Shown here one piece after another: positions 22,786 through 35,532 of a stretch of 64,000 nt of DNA; the first letter of the stretch is position 1, and each line of letters begins with the position of its first letter. The notes below the pieces were generated by a model. It was not told where the DNA came from and did no database searches. It was given only the letters and a program-made list of their open reading frames with translations. Position numbers and translations under genes: made by a program. The stretch is from Podospora anserina (Eukaryota): contig CM030338.1 in NCBI GenBank assembly GCA_017654855.1, forward strand, positions 1,984,001-2,048,000, in the 5' to 3' direction.

Positions 22786-25700
22786 CTAGGCGGATTCGTC
22801 AGCGTTTGGCGGGTTAGCGTTGGCATCGCCGCGGGAGGAGCTCGGCTTGGGGCCCTTGCGGATGTTTTGGTGAGTCCATCCACGAATCTGTGTTGGACCA
22901 CTTCTAGGGGGAGCTTCTACAGCAGAATAGTCCTTGATAGCCTCACGATAGTCGAACTGTACAGTACGCAGCTCTTGCCCGTTGGCCGAGTAGGTCATAC
23001 GATGAGGTGGCGTCGGCGCAGGTTCTAGCTTGCGGTATTTAGACGACGCTGCTGAACCGGCAGCGGAAGCAGGGGGAGGGGCCGAGGCAGAGGAGCTTCC
23101 AGGTCGAGAGTGAGATGACTGCATGGGAGGTTGAGTAGCAGCGGGAAGAATAGGGGCATGAACACCCGGCGCCGGAGCTGGTGCGATCGGTGTATGATAG
23201 GGTGGCGAGACTGGATATGCAGTCGAGGGGCTAGGAGGGCGAGGTGCGAGCTGTTGCGTGCCAGGCGGGCCAGCCATGGGTGGTGCCTGGAGAGGTCCAG
23301 GACCAGGAGCGGGCATCAGAGGCTGTAGATGGTGCTGAGGCTCCGGTACGGAATAGCCGTTATGAAAAGGACGACTAGGCCCGACTGGGTAAAAGGCGCC
23401 GCTGTTCGTCATCACCATGCTACCGTGTTGAGGAACTGGACTATGCTGCTCAGGAGGGGGCGGGCTGTCGTTCAATAGGCTGCGCATAGGACGTAAGGCT
23501 GGTAAGCCTACACCTTGCCCTTGGGGTGCAAACGGTGTCCTACCGCCAGAAAGTTGGCTAGCCGGGTAGTCTTGTGGCGGGGCAGGTGGTGGAGGGTATA
23601 CCGGCGACTGGGGATTCAGTGCCGTACGGAGAAAATCTCCTCTGGCCGGCTCACTGGCATAGTGACCGGGCATACTCAGCCCATGGTAGCCCTCAGACAT
23701 CGGTGGACCATGGTACTCCTCGGGCGGCGGAGGATACTCACTGGGCTGGTAGTCAACGTGCGAACCATACTGGCGATGGTCGCGTGCCAGACCATCGACC
23801 TGCATCGGATTGTAAATCCGAGGGTCGATGTGAGCCGTTGCCTCATGTTCTCGGATCGCAATGTGTGCGAGAACATCCAGGCCAGTGGTATCCTCCGGGA
23901 CCGAGGAGTTGTCGAACCCGAGCGCGTCCCGCACCGCGTCGTACGGTTTGGAAGCGGCGCTCTTCACCGTTCGAGCAGCTTCTTCCTCACGCTCGCGCGC
24001 GAGGTCTCGCGCCTCGTCGTCCTCCAGAACCGCCGCAGCACGGAGCATGTCATCGGCGAACTGGCCAAAGCCAGCCGCCTGCTCCAGCGTGGACTCGGGC
24101 TCGGGCTCGGGCGCGGGAGTGGGTGGCGCCGGCGAGGGCTGGTACACCGTGTTGGGGTCCATGCCCCTCGCCGCCAGCTCCTCTCGCCGCAACCCTTCAA
24201 TCTCCTCCGCTGACGGAGTGATCTCCTCCTCCTCAACTCCTTCTTGCTCACAAATATGACTGAGCAAGGCCGAGAACTTTTTCTTCCCTTCCAGCTTTGC
24301 CTCGAGCTTGCTGAAGGCTCGGTCGGCTTTCGCAGCTGGGATGGTCCGAGACGCGTGGATAAGCTCCCCATTTGGGGGAACCAGCACGACCGGTTTCCAT
24401 GGGTCGACGACAGGTTTGGGCGACTCTTGGAGATTGGTGGAGGAGGGCAAAAAGATGCCGTACTTTGGGTGAAGATTGTGTTTCTTCACCTCGGCTTCAG
24501 GAAGCTCGCCAGCAGCCTCAGTGGAATCCCAAATTCCCACACGACGGTCGATGAACATGTAGTTGGAGTTGGGCTTCTGCCAATATTTGCCGCGACGAGC
24601 TTTGGTGGCGCCCTTCTCAGCAGAGTTGGTCGAATCGCGGAAACCAATATCGAGATCGTCCCACTCAAAAAGGTTTGGTACCATGATGCGGTTATTGGGG
24701 TTCTCAGCCTTGTTATTGCGGCGTACAATGAGGCGAACGCCGTACTCATCCGGGTCGAGAGCTCCGCGCGGAAGGGGCAGTTCGGGTCCGTCGGCGGGGT
24801 TGGGCTCGGCGGAAGTTCGGCGCTGCCCGCGCACCTCAGCAATGTCTCCGGCAGGCTCGGGCAGCGGCGTGGCAGCATTGGAGGCGGAATCTGGTGGAGT
24901 GGCGACAGTATCTTCGAGCGCTTCAGCTGCACCCAAAAGGCCAGCCGTGTGGCGTGGCAACTGACGCATGGCATCTTCGTCCTTGGCGGTTTGAAGGAGC
25001 TTCGAAGCTGGCTGACCGTCTGGTTGGCCATCGGCTTTTCTTTTCAAAGACTCCAGGGGCATGGTGGGCGGCTTGACCATAAGATCTCTAAGCTTAGTAC
25101 CAGGGAAGGGGACTTCAACACCATCGCGTTCCTCATGAAAGACTCCTTGGGCATCTCTCTCGGCCATTGTGATGGACTTATAGGTGTAGCTCTCGTCACG
25201 TGGCGGAGGATACTAGTCATGGTTAGAAAAATATGAACAGAGGTGAGCGCAAGAAAGGAAACATACATCGACGGGAAGTTTGAGGTTGTATTGGTGTTCG
25301 AAACGGTCGAGCTGTTGAAGAAGCTCACCGAGACGCTCCTCCTGCATCTCTTCCACCTGGCGCTAAACATATCTGTTAGTGAATGCTGTGTGTATGGAAG
25401 TAAAGATGAAAACTTACGGCATATGAAGCTCTGGCTGCTTCGACCTCGCCTTCATAAACACGCTGGGCCATCTGACGGCTCATCTCGAGAATTCGATCAT
25501 TCTGGCTGAGCGTGTCTTCGTATCGCTGCTTCAGGAACTTTTGAGCGACGTCGAATTCGGGTACTCTCTCAACGACACCAGGGTCTTCAAGAAGCTGATT
25601 GATCGACCTGTCGGCGATCTCTTGGGCTGCTGGCTTGACTAACTTGGAGAGCACGCCCCAGGCCTGCTTCAGCTCCTGCGCTCTCTCGTGGGCAGCTTGT

Positions 25701-26092
25701 ACTTTGCTGTCCTCATAAAGTTTCTGACGACGACCGCGACCGGCGGGAGCTTTCGGTTGTGATGACTTGCCACCACGACCTCTGCCTCCGCGGGAGCCGC
25801 CACGACCGCGGCCTCCACGAGCTCGGGTACTGGTTGGGGCGGCGCGGGTGGAAGTCGAAGGTTGCTGTGGGATGATATCAGACATGGTGTCTTCAGCCTC
25901 TAGGGCATCGGCAACAGAGGAGAAGCTCTGCTGCAAGTTCATGTTGTTGACGGATTTGGATGGCATCTCATGAATGACGAGTTTCCGTTGTATGGGAGTC
26001 GAGGTAAAAGAAGTAGGTGTGGGAAAAGAGAGAGTTGGGTGAGAATTTGTAATGGGCGATGCCAGGTGTGAGCGGTGCTGCTCAATGTCCAT
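22786..26092 (-). CDS. Large uncharacterised, probably nuclear protein (RGG-rich N-terminus, helical region, Pro-rich C-terminus)
   Basis: Exons 26092-25418, 25362-25267 and 25212-22786 join in frame via canonical GTAAGT/GTATGT...TAG introns, and include the 793-aa ORF. The exact start codon is uncertain. Confidence 0.8.
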
Positions 26093-28029
26093 TGCTCTCC
26101 ATTCGGCAACTGTAAACAATAGCAGGTGAATACCTGAGCTCTGACCACCGGTGCTGGGTGAATATGGGAGGATGAGTCGTATATAAATGAACAATAGCAA
26201 ATGTCGTCAATCGGCGGTGCAAGTCGGTCGATGACAGACCAAAGCTTGCTCCGTGTAGATGTAAAAACCGGGAGGCCGGGGGAAAGCCAAGCAGCCGTGA
26301 TGCAAAAGACGAAAAAAAACCTGTCGATGTCGAAAGATCAAAGACTTCTCCAGATGATGATTCCCTCGATCCAAGTATAAGAGGGCAGGACGAAGGTTAT
26401 CCAGTGTGTCACCAGATGTAGGCAGTTTGGTTGGTTTGTGGCTTTTGGTCAAGCAGCTGTGGCGGGTGTGAGTGAAGAAAGGGTTGGCAGAGTCGCTCTC
26501 TTGGTGCAAACTGCTTGCAGCAGCGGCTCAGGGTAGGGTACCAGCGAGGGTCAAGTAATGACAGCGGCGCAGTGGCGACACACCAGGTAAGAGAAGGGGA
26601 AAATATAATCAGAAGAAAGCTGAGAGACAAGAGATTCTGATGCAATTGCTGCTGGCCGTCTGGAACCAGGGACGCGGCCGTGAAGTCGTGGCTGGTGTTG
26701 TCCTTCACCTGTAAAGGATGGGAATAATAGACAGTGGACCACGAAGCAGGCCTGTGCTGAGCGTGCTGCATTTCCAGAGCACACTGAGCCCGCACTGTGT
26801 CCGCTGGAGGCCAAGCCAAAAGGGAGTCCAGCCTTGGGTTGCTCCACCGAGGCTTAACCGACGAAACAGCCAATCACAGCGCCGCATTGACTTCCCAATC
26901 AGGAACTAGTCGCAACCGTTCACAACAGCTTACAAAAATTGGTCGTATGTCTTTGCAAACTCTCTCGATGCTAGGGGCTACAAGTGTGTAGTGAATATTC
27001 AGAGGGGTATCTGGTAGCTGCTAGCTCCGATAAGATCTGGGGACTGTCTCGTCATCAACCCCCGGCATCGTGGCGCGGACGGGAGGAGGACTTCGACTGC
27101 AAAAATCAAATTCTGCAACGGGCCACGTTGGTGTCAGTGCTCTGACAGCTGCAACAGCCTCGCCCGAAGATGTTTATGCGTTTCTACAGAGTGTGAATGT
27201 GGCATATGCTATAATGCCATTGGTTCAGGCACCAAGGCGGTGAAATATTGCCCAGAAACACAGTTGTACCACATTGAACTGGCAGCCCGCCCTGATCCCG
27301 AGATTGAATGAGCTGTCAATGACATTGCGGCCCAGCAGCCTGTCTGGCATCTGCACATCACCTGGTCTGCGTCGGCTCCTCTGACGCACATATCAGTCTC
27401 GGACCTCGCTTTCCTGTGAGTTCCCCGACGTCCGGGTGCCCGGTGAGTATTGGCTGCTTGCTGAATTTGAAATGACCAAATCCCCATTGCCGGGTTCGCC
27501 GTTGAAGAGCGCGGGCCAGTGGATCCGGCTGCTTCAAGGGCGCTCCCGTCACTCACGAGAACGGCGACCACTCACAGATACATACGGATCTTCAAATAGA
27601 TTTCAATCTGATTTATTAAGCATATCTCTCGGCCATTGATTAAACTCACGATCTACTTCGTACCTATGTCTTCCATATCTCAAGTCCTGTTGCCAGCATT
27701 TCCTCAAACCAGGGCCGGCAAAATGGACAAAGGGGTTCTGCGGAGCCCCAAAACGGGCAAACCCACTTTTCAAGCAGCTTCCGGGGCCGGCTTGGCGCTA
27801 AGAGCCCAGTGCAACCCCACTGCCGCGCGCCTGTGCGGCTGGAACCATGCCGCTTGCCTGCCGGGACCCAGCCTTTTTTTCTGCCATCCATCATCTCCTC
27901 CGTCTCCCGGCAGATCGCCGAGTCGCCCCGTTACGTCCGTCCACCTCCGGCCCGATATCGACTACGACAGCTTCTGAATCCCATCCAACGACTTTTTATA
28001 TCCCAAAGAAACTGAATCTCAGCTCACAA

Positions 28030-29148
28030 ATGGCTAAGAAACGCGGCCGCCTCCAAGAGGCCCTCAAATCAGCCATCTCCCAGCAAAAACAAAAACCATC
28101 TCAACCTCAAGGTCCCCCCTCCAAGAAACAGAAAACCTCCCAAAATCGCCCCCAACAACAACAATCCAATAAACCCAAGAAAAAACACCATCAACCCTCC
28201 CAATCCGCCCCCATCATCCCCTTTACCCCAACCGACACCATCCTCCTCCTAGGCGAAGCCGACCTCTCCTTCTCCGCCTCCCTATCCTCCCACCACAAAT
28301 GCACCGCCCTAACCTCCACCGTCTTCGAACCCTCCCTCCCCGCCCTCCAAGAAAAATACCCCCACGTCGACAAAAACATCTCCCTCCTCCTATCCCCCCC
28401 AAACGCCCACCCAAACTCCCCACCAAACAACAACAAACTCCTCTACAACATCGACGCCACCAAACTCTCCCTCAAATCCCAATCCTTCTCCCGCATAATC
28501 TTCAACTTTCCCCACATCGGCGGCAAGTCAAAAGATGTCAACCGACAAGTGAGAGCGAATCAGGAGATGATGGTTGGTTTTTTCCGCCGGGCTCTACTTC
28601 ATTTGGCGCCAAGGGGAAAGATTATCGTCACGTTGTTTGAGGGGGAGCCGTATACCTTGTGGAATATCCGTGACCTGGCGCGACATGCCGGGTTGGAGGT
28701 GGAGAGGAGTTTCAGGTTTCAGGCGGGGGCGTACCCGGGTTATGCGCATGCTAGGACGTTGGGGGTGGTGAGGAACAAGAAGACGGGGGAGGTGAGCGAG
28801 AGGGCTTGGAAGGGGGAGAGGAGGGAGAGCAGGAGTTTTGTTTTTGTGAGGAAGGGGGAGGGGGAGAAAGCTGGACCAGGGCAGGGGAAGAATAGGAAGC
28901 AGGAGGGGGAGAAGCCTGGACAAGGGCAGGGGAAGAAAAGGAAGCAGGAGGAGGAGGAGAGTGAGGAAGAGGAGGAGGAGGAGGAGTTTGAGGGGTGGGG
29001 GGAAAGCGGTGAGGAGGAGGAGGAGGAGGAGGAGGATGTTGATGAGGAGGATGAAGGGTCGTCCGGTGATGAAGTCGATGGTGATGAAAAAGAAGATGGA
29101 GATGAAGCCAGTGATGATGAGACAGCACCAAAAGAAACCCAGGGTTAA
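28030..29148 (+). CDS. BMT5: 25S rRNA (uridine-N3)-methyltransferase BMT5-like (DUF2431)
   Basis: ILLLGEADLSFSASL, NIDATKL, IIFNFPHIGGKSKDVNRQVRANQEMMVGFF, IIVTLFEGEPYTLWNIRDLARH and YPGYAHARTLG. Lys-rich N-terminus and acidic tail. Confidence 0.88.
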   Translation: MAKKRGRLQEALKSAISQQKQKPSQPQGPPSKKQKTSQNRPQQQQSNKPKKKHHQPSQSAPIIPFTPTDTILLLGEADLSFSASLSSHHKCTALTSTVFEPSLPALQEKYPHVDKNISLLLSPPNAHPNSPPNNNKLLYNIDATKLSLKSQSFSRIIFNFPHIGGKSKDVNRQVRANQEMMVGFFRRALLHLAPRGKIIVTLFEGEPYTLWNIRDLARHAGLEVERSFRFQAGAYPGYAHARTLGVVRNKKTGEVSERAWKGERRESRSFVFVRKGEGEKAGPGQGKNRKQEGEKPGQGQGKKRKQEEEESEEEEEEEEFEGWGESGEEEEEEEEDVDEEDEGSSGDEVDGDEKEDGDEASDDETAPKETQG

Positions 29149-29316
29149 GGTCGACACGGTGGTTGTTTCACTGATCTTGAAAATCTCAAGATGGAAGGGA
29201 GAACATCTTTATTGACACTACAGAAACCATGTCGTCACTACAATCCTCCTCGCTCACCACTGCCCCGTTGCGAAGTCTCCCACCCCACCATCCCAAAACC
29301 ACCCTTGAGTTGGGAC

Positions 29317-29673
29317 CTAGCAGTAATCACTGTGATAAGCACCACCATTGATGCACCCGCTAGTCCGGCAAAAGGCCTGGAAAATGATGTTTCCATCACT
29401 CTTGCAAAAGAACAAGGAGTTATTGACATGGGCAGAATCACTCGGCTGGCCAGAGCCCTGGAGAGCCTCGATGATTTGGTCATAGTAGTTGCCTACACGA
29501 AGGCGATATGTTAGCTGTCTCATCAGGTAATGAAGAAGCTAGGTTATGGTCACTGACCCTTGTTGAGCAGTCCGCGTCCGCAGTACATCAGGCTACCCTT
29601 GCAGTTTTTGGCAAGAGCGGCCGGGGCCATGGTGAGGGCGATAAAGGGAGACGGCGGTGGTGAATTTGACCAT
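29317..29673 (-). pseudogene. Small secreted cysteine-rich protein (6 Cys) with a +1 frameshift in the signal peptide
   Basis: MVKFTTAVSL(+T)IALTMAPAALA-KNCKGSLMYCGRGLLNKG / intron 29493-29557 / NYYDQIIEALQGSGQPSDSAHVNNSLFFCKSDGNIIFQAFCRTSGCINGGAYHSDYC*. Confidence 0.7.
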
Positions 29674-32584
29674 TTTGACAGTGGTTGAAGCGGTATAAAG
29701 CGGTAGTGTTTGGTATATAGCCTAAGAAGATGTGATGGTTGAGGTTGGATTGATGATGAGAATACTGGAAGTTTGCGGGGCGTTTTCACACGCTATTTAT
29801 TCTCACCTCGAAGGATTTTGTCGCTGCGGCATTCAAGATCTGAGTTTACACTCTTGATCATATGTCGACTCAGATTCAAGTCATGTTGATTGGTGTTGGT
29901 GAGCTCCGCGGACCCGAGTTGAAAGGGTCAGCATTTGCAAGGGAATGAGGCTATTCCCGAGGTCGGTACTACCATCGCCTCACAGAGCTGGCGGGTAGTT
30001 GAAAATCTGAGCATCAGAACATGAAATGAAGCGCAGCATATCAAATCACCCGGAGCCCAGGGCCAATATAACAACAGGCTGAGCAATGTACTCGGCTTCA
30101 ATCTGGCTTCGAACACACATGAGGCAACAAACTTTCGAGGACCGAATACATGAGTAAATCTCATTTCCCAACTTTCTCAGAGTCCTTATTCGCTTTATTT
30201 ATGTGAAAATTATGCGCCCTGCTGTGACGGTGAAGGAGATGAAGGAAATCCATGGACCATCAGAAATGAGCTTTCACTTCGACCTCTCAAGTCCGTCAGG
30301 TCACTACTCTTCTTCCGTTTGTCTATTGTTACCAGGGAAAACCTCGAGTTTGCCACTCTTTTGATCGAGTCTTTCGGGTCGATATCTTTTTTGTACAATA
30401 CCCAGAGGACGGACAACTCATAAATCAAGAGCAGACTTTCATCTCATTGCACATTGAGCTCTACTGTCCTCAGTTCGCTCTTTCCAAGACAAGTCAACTC
30501 GGCCTCCTGTCACATGCTTTATGCCGTGCACAGTTCTTCAAAAAAGACGTCATCTCATTTAGAATTAGAGTATGTGAAACGACAGCATACCACGTTACAT
30601 AACCTTTGCCATCCAGAGGCTAGCTAACATCGGCCAGCGCGATGTTTACATCTGCACAAACCATCCACACACACGCCCCCATTCATCACAGCCTGCCTCA
30701 AAAGTGCACTTTTCAAGCGAGCCGAAACAGCTCAGCCATGATCTAGGTATCAAGTACAAGTTGATTCCTCCGCCTCAAAAGTCTTCAAGTCCAAGTTTGT
30801 ACCTCGTCATGCAGCCCCCAGACTAGCTCACATGCAAGCACCCGTTTGCTCCCTGCACCTCCTTCCACGTCCGGCTCACCGGCTTCAAAATTCCCCCGTT
30901 CTTGCGACAGGATTTGCTCAACTTCCTGTGTGTCCCCGGCTCCCATCCCCGTCTTGGCTTTGTCAAGTTTTTCTCCCTAGAGGCAAGCCACATCAAAATT
31001 CCAGCAACCAGGAAACTCTCACCCGCACTTTCCACACCATCACTTACATGAAATACGCCTCGCGATATATTTTGTTTAATCTTACTACTTCCCCAAACCA
31101 ACTGGGTTTCTTCAAGAGTGGGGGTCAGATTCGTCTGTCTCTTCAAGCTCGGTGCACAACCTTAGGTAGTTTCTCCTTTCTTCTTCTTTCCCCATAACCA
31201 AAGAACCAGAGTCTGCATGCCTTCGGAATAACCTCCCTACTTACACTCAAACTTTCTGCAGCAACCGACCTCGCCCCAGGCAAAAAAAGAAAAAGAAGAA
31301 AAAAACTATCAGATCGTACGATGAGCCTCCCGCCTCTGCATCTCATGAAAACACACACTCCCAACGCCGCCCGCCCCCCTTCGTATCTGTTGCTTGCCTC
31401 TTGCCTCTTGCCTCTTGCCTAGTCAGAAGATAGATCACATCTCTGAACTCATAAATAACAACTCTCACCCCACCCCCTGTGTCATATCATGTTTCCTTCC
31501 GCCAGGCCTCGGCCGAGCCCCCGAAAAATCGGACATGCCTTACCTATCATTCAGCTTGGATGTTGAACCGGAGAAGCTCAAACCGAGGTTCCCTAGGTAA
31601 GCCCCCATCTAAGCCCCCCACACAGAGAACGGTTAGGAGCAGGATGCATATGCGATCCCGGAAGATAGAGTACGCAAAATATGCAAAGGCTTTTCATCCT
31701 TATCCAGTGCTTTCATCAACTTCTCCTCGACCCTTCCAGGCACACACACACACACCACACTGGAAGTGTTTTTCGGACCGAGAGAGGGGCCGAGATGCTA
31801 TACTACCCTCCTACAAATATGCGTGATTCTACTTTGCTTCTTTGATAATGTTATTCTAGGCATGTGAGTTGGTAGGCAGGGAGGGTTACGATCGATCGAC
31901 ATACATCTTGATGATCCACGAGCCTTCAAAACCGGGGGAAGGTGATAGCCGGGGAGAGACATAAATGTCATCTGGGAAAGTTGAGATAAGAAGCTACCAT
32001 GATGATCACCCCCAACTGGGTAACCTGAAAGGAAAAGAAAGGATGGTTCTGCATACAGGCAAACCCCCCAGCCCCCTTCAAACGTTGAATCACACCCCCC
32101 TTTTCAGACCAATCCCCGTCCCTTACCCACCTCTTTGTCAAGCCTCAAGTCAATTACACCAGTGGTGAAACACCACCACAAAGGAATCCCACATCATCAA
32201 CACCACCACCATCTTTAACCCCCTTCCACCACCACCCTCACCCCTTACTTCGTATAACCTCTCTCTCTCAAAGAAACCGTAAACAAGAACGACAGGCTAT
32301 CAATAACACCGAAACCCTCCCCTACCAAGCAACTACCCAAGCAGTCAGCCCTTTCAAGGCTACTCCAAGATTATCCCAGCTGAAATCCCACCCAAAAGTA
32401 AACAAAGAAAACCCCCCCCCGCCCCCTTCCCCTCCCCTAAAATATCACACGTCACATTACGGCCCCCCCCCTCCTCCCCCCATTTTGCCCGCACTCCACA
32501 CATCTTCCCAGCTTTGTACAACCAGTCTCAATACCTGTTGAAATTTCCCAAAGACCATCCATGCATGACCAAGCCAAAACCGCT

Positions 32585-32813
32585 GTGGGCAAAATAACTA
32601 CTAGCTCTGTAAATAAAACCAACACAAGATAGCATCATCCTGAACCACGCATGAAAAGATACCTAGGCAATCAAAATTCCTCTAAAGATAGCTTGTAGGT
32701 TTTCAAGATAGTTTGTAATTCTTTAAAAGATAATCTGTATGCCTTTAAAAGAGATATTTCACTCTCTATCATTACGCCTTTTCTGCCTGACAGAACCGGT
32801 TATTCTTGTCCAT
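32585..32813. mobile_element. MITE-like dispersed repeat, copy 1
   Basis: Left end GTGGGCAAAATAACT and right end CAGAACCGGTTATTCTTGTCCAT form an imperfect inverted pair. The interior has repeated AAGATA motifs. The right end resembles the 23-mer shared by 42195 and 52474. Confidence 0.45.
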
Positions 32814-33073
32814 GGCATGCCAGCAGGTCAATGAGTTCTGCCTGGCCTTCCGCACCAAGCATCCCACAAGATGTCAACAGTGGATAGCCACCAACACTCT
32901 TTAGACTCCCACTCTCAACAGAACTCTCTTTATTCAACTAACTCACACTACCCTTATTAACCCCCCTCCCCCTCTCTCCCCTCCCCTAAACTATCCCATT
33001 GCACAAAGCCAAAAACAAACAAACACACAAATCGACACACTTGTGAGAAAATGTCCCTTATCCACCCCATAGC

Positions 33074-33103
33074 AAGAAGAAGAAGAAGAAGAAGAAGAAG
33101 AAG
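33074..33103. repeat. (AAG)10 microsatellite
   Basis: Direct reading of the sequence. Confidence 0.9.
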
Positions 33104-33659
33104 AAAACAAGATTTCATAACAGCCATAAACAATTCCCCCCCAATGCAAAAGGTCCCAACACTAAGCCCCCCATCCCCCATGTCAAGAGCCCCTTTGAAC
33201 AGACGGGAATTTATTACCGAGAAAGAAAAAAGTGCAACAGACCAGCATCAGAATACCCAAGGAAAGAAACAAACTCATGCAAAAAGATCGATCCCCTCTA
33301 TCCAATCCACCCGACTGCTCACCCGGAGCAAGCGATGTTACTTTGCGCCTTAACCGCAAAAAACTGATAGAAGGCAAAGGACAAAATTCGCTGTTGCTGA
33401 ACCCCCAAGAAAGCTGCAAACCCAAACTGTGCTCCTGAATGTAAAAAAGAAAATGGCAGTCATCAATCTGTAGCGCCACGCTCAAGAAGAGAAAACCCGA
33501 ATCAACCCAATCAACCCACTTCACCCATCTCCTGTGCTGTTGTCCACATCAGTCTCCGTTTTGCCTGTCAAGATACCCAAAAGCAGTCAACCACCCATTT
33601 GTGCAAAGTTGTTGTTATTGTTGTTGTGCATCCCCTAACCCCCACCTATCGTCCCATGG

Positions 33660-35532
33660 CTACTGTGACCCGTCTCTGGGAAATCTCCCCGTCGGCGATA
33701 GGTAACTGTTATTACGATATAGAGTGTGAGAACCCGGCAGCGTCTCATATCCCGACGTCAAATAGGATTGGGGCTGCAAAGACGGGGCTTGCTCATGAGT
33801 CGGATAACCGTGCGATGTATGTGCCGGTTGCGCTTGCGTGTATGTATACATCCCCGACGCCGTCGTCTGAGCCGCCGGATTGTGTTGCCACTGAGTCGGA
33901 TACAGCGTCGCCGGTCCGGTCGATCCTCCAAAATCGGCAGCAGATCCGTACATGGCTCGGCGGCTGTTGTCAACCTCTTGCATTGGACTGGCCAGATGAG
34001 GTGGCCCGCCAACCGTCAGGGAAACTCCTTCCACATAGTTTTGCTGTGTTGGTGCCAAATCGGTATGCACGATTGCGGGACCGGGATGAGCATTGCGCAT
34101 CGCCATGTCGCTTCCGTAGCTCTGGACAGACATGGTTCGGGCGATGGGGTCCGGGGCATCACCGGTATCCTCCTCACGCTTGACCCGCTCGTATTCGGCC
34201 TCATCCCCATCGTCGTCGTCGTCCTCGGGCTCGTGGTTGTCCGCCGTCACGAAGATTTGGGTGGTGGGGTCTGCAGGACATGTTAATCATCAGAAACTCA
34301 GTGCCTCAGTTTGCTCAGCACTCACCTATCTCACCCCTCTTGAGCTTCTCCTCCGCCTTTGCTACCTTAAACGCCTCCTTGAGCCACAGTTTCTTCTTCA
34401 TGTTCTCCCCCGAGGCATTGAAGAAAGAGGCGGCAGCATCCATAGCAGCCTCCTCCAGCTTGGCCACAGTCAGATGTTGCGACCGAATGTCCTCGTGTTG
34501 CTTATGATTCGGCTCAGTAAGCATGCGGAGGATATGGGTCAGCAGGTGCACACGCTCTATTCAAAATATTAGCAACCTGGCGTTCTTTCAGATTCAGATA
34601 CCCAAGAGTATGATGGTACACAGACCTTCTTTCTTGATGTGATCCGGTTCCTTGTGCCTCAGAAGCACTCTGTTAGGACCATAGTCATTTGGCCACCACC
34701 TTGGTGCCGCCTCTTGACCCTTTGTATAAGGATGGTTCGTCTGCTTTTTGGGCTCCATGAGCTTCACAAAGGCCTTGGCGATGCACCGGCAGAGGATCTG
34801 GTGACAGAGCCGAAAACGACGTTCATAAAAGGCCCGCACAACATCCGAATCTCCAATCATGATGGTGGTCTTCCTCGACCCGGCAGTGACGGTAGCCACC
34901 TCCTCCTCCTCCAACGACCGTGGTGCTCTGGCCCGTCGTGGGCGTTTCCTGCGTTGGGAGGCAGCGCCATGATCAAACTCGTCATGATCATATCCTCTGT
35001 CGTGACGACCGTATGGGCCTACAGCATGCGCATAATAGAGATCATTACCAGGATAATCTCCCTGAAGAGGGCCAGTCTCTCCTGCAATCGTGTTAGCATA
35101 CATCGGAATGAAAGATGACATGGATGAGGTTCCGTACTTGATGCGTGTGGGGGTATTCCTTGCTGATACTGCAGGAAGATGTTCATGTGGAACATCCTGC
35201 TAGCATCTACCGCATCGACATTCTCTGGACCGGAAAAAAAAGCGTGCTCGCCATTCTCGAGGGTAACTGCAAGAAAGAAGTTCTTGTGGTTGATGTGGCA
35301 GACTTCTCGCAACGCTCTGCCAACTGTCTGCAACACTGTTAGTTCCTGTTTTCAGGAAGAGAGGAGATGAGATTCAGTTCTAGACACGTACTGCAGGAGG
35401 CACTGTCCTGACAGAATCTGGTGCCAGGTAACGGCCATCCCCTGGAGCCGGCATCAGACCGGCTCTTTCTGGTTGCCACGCTTGCCTTGGATGAGCAGGT
35501 CGGGGATAGACATGGCTGTGAGTATTAACCAT
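33660..35532 (-). CDS. DUF2841 / YDR124W-like protein
   Basis: Five exons with canonical introns. Core FYERRFRLCHQILCRCIAKAFVKLMEPKKQTNHPYTKGQEAAPRWWP...RHKEPDHIKKE...RVHLLTHILR is typical of this family. The start codon is inferred. Confidence 0.8.

Noticed and set aside
23515-25236. Long plus-strand ORFs (232, 215 and 330 aa)
   Set aside because: Antisense shadows of the GC-rich minus-strand CDS, with no recognisable motifs.
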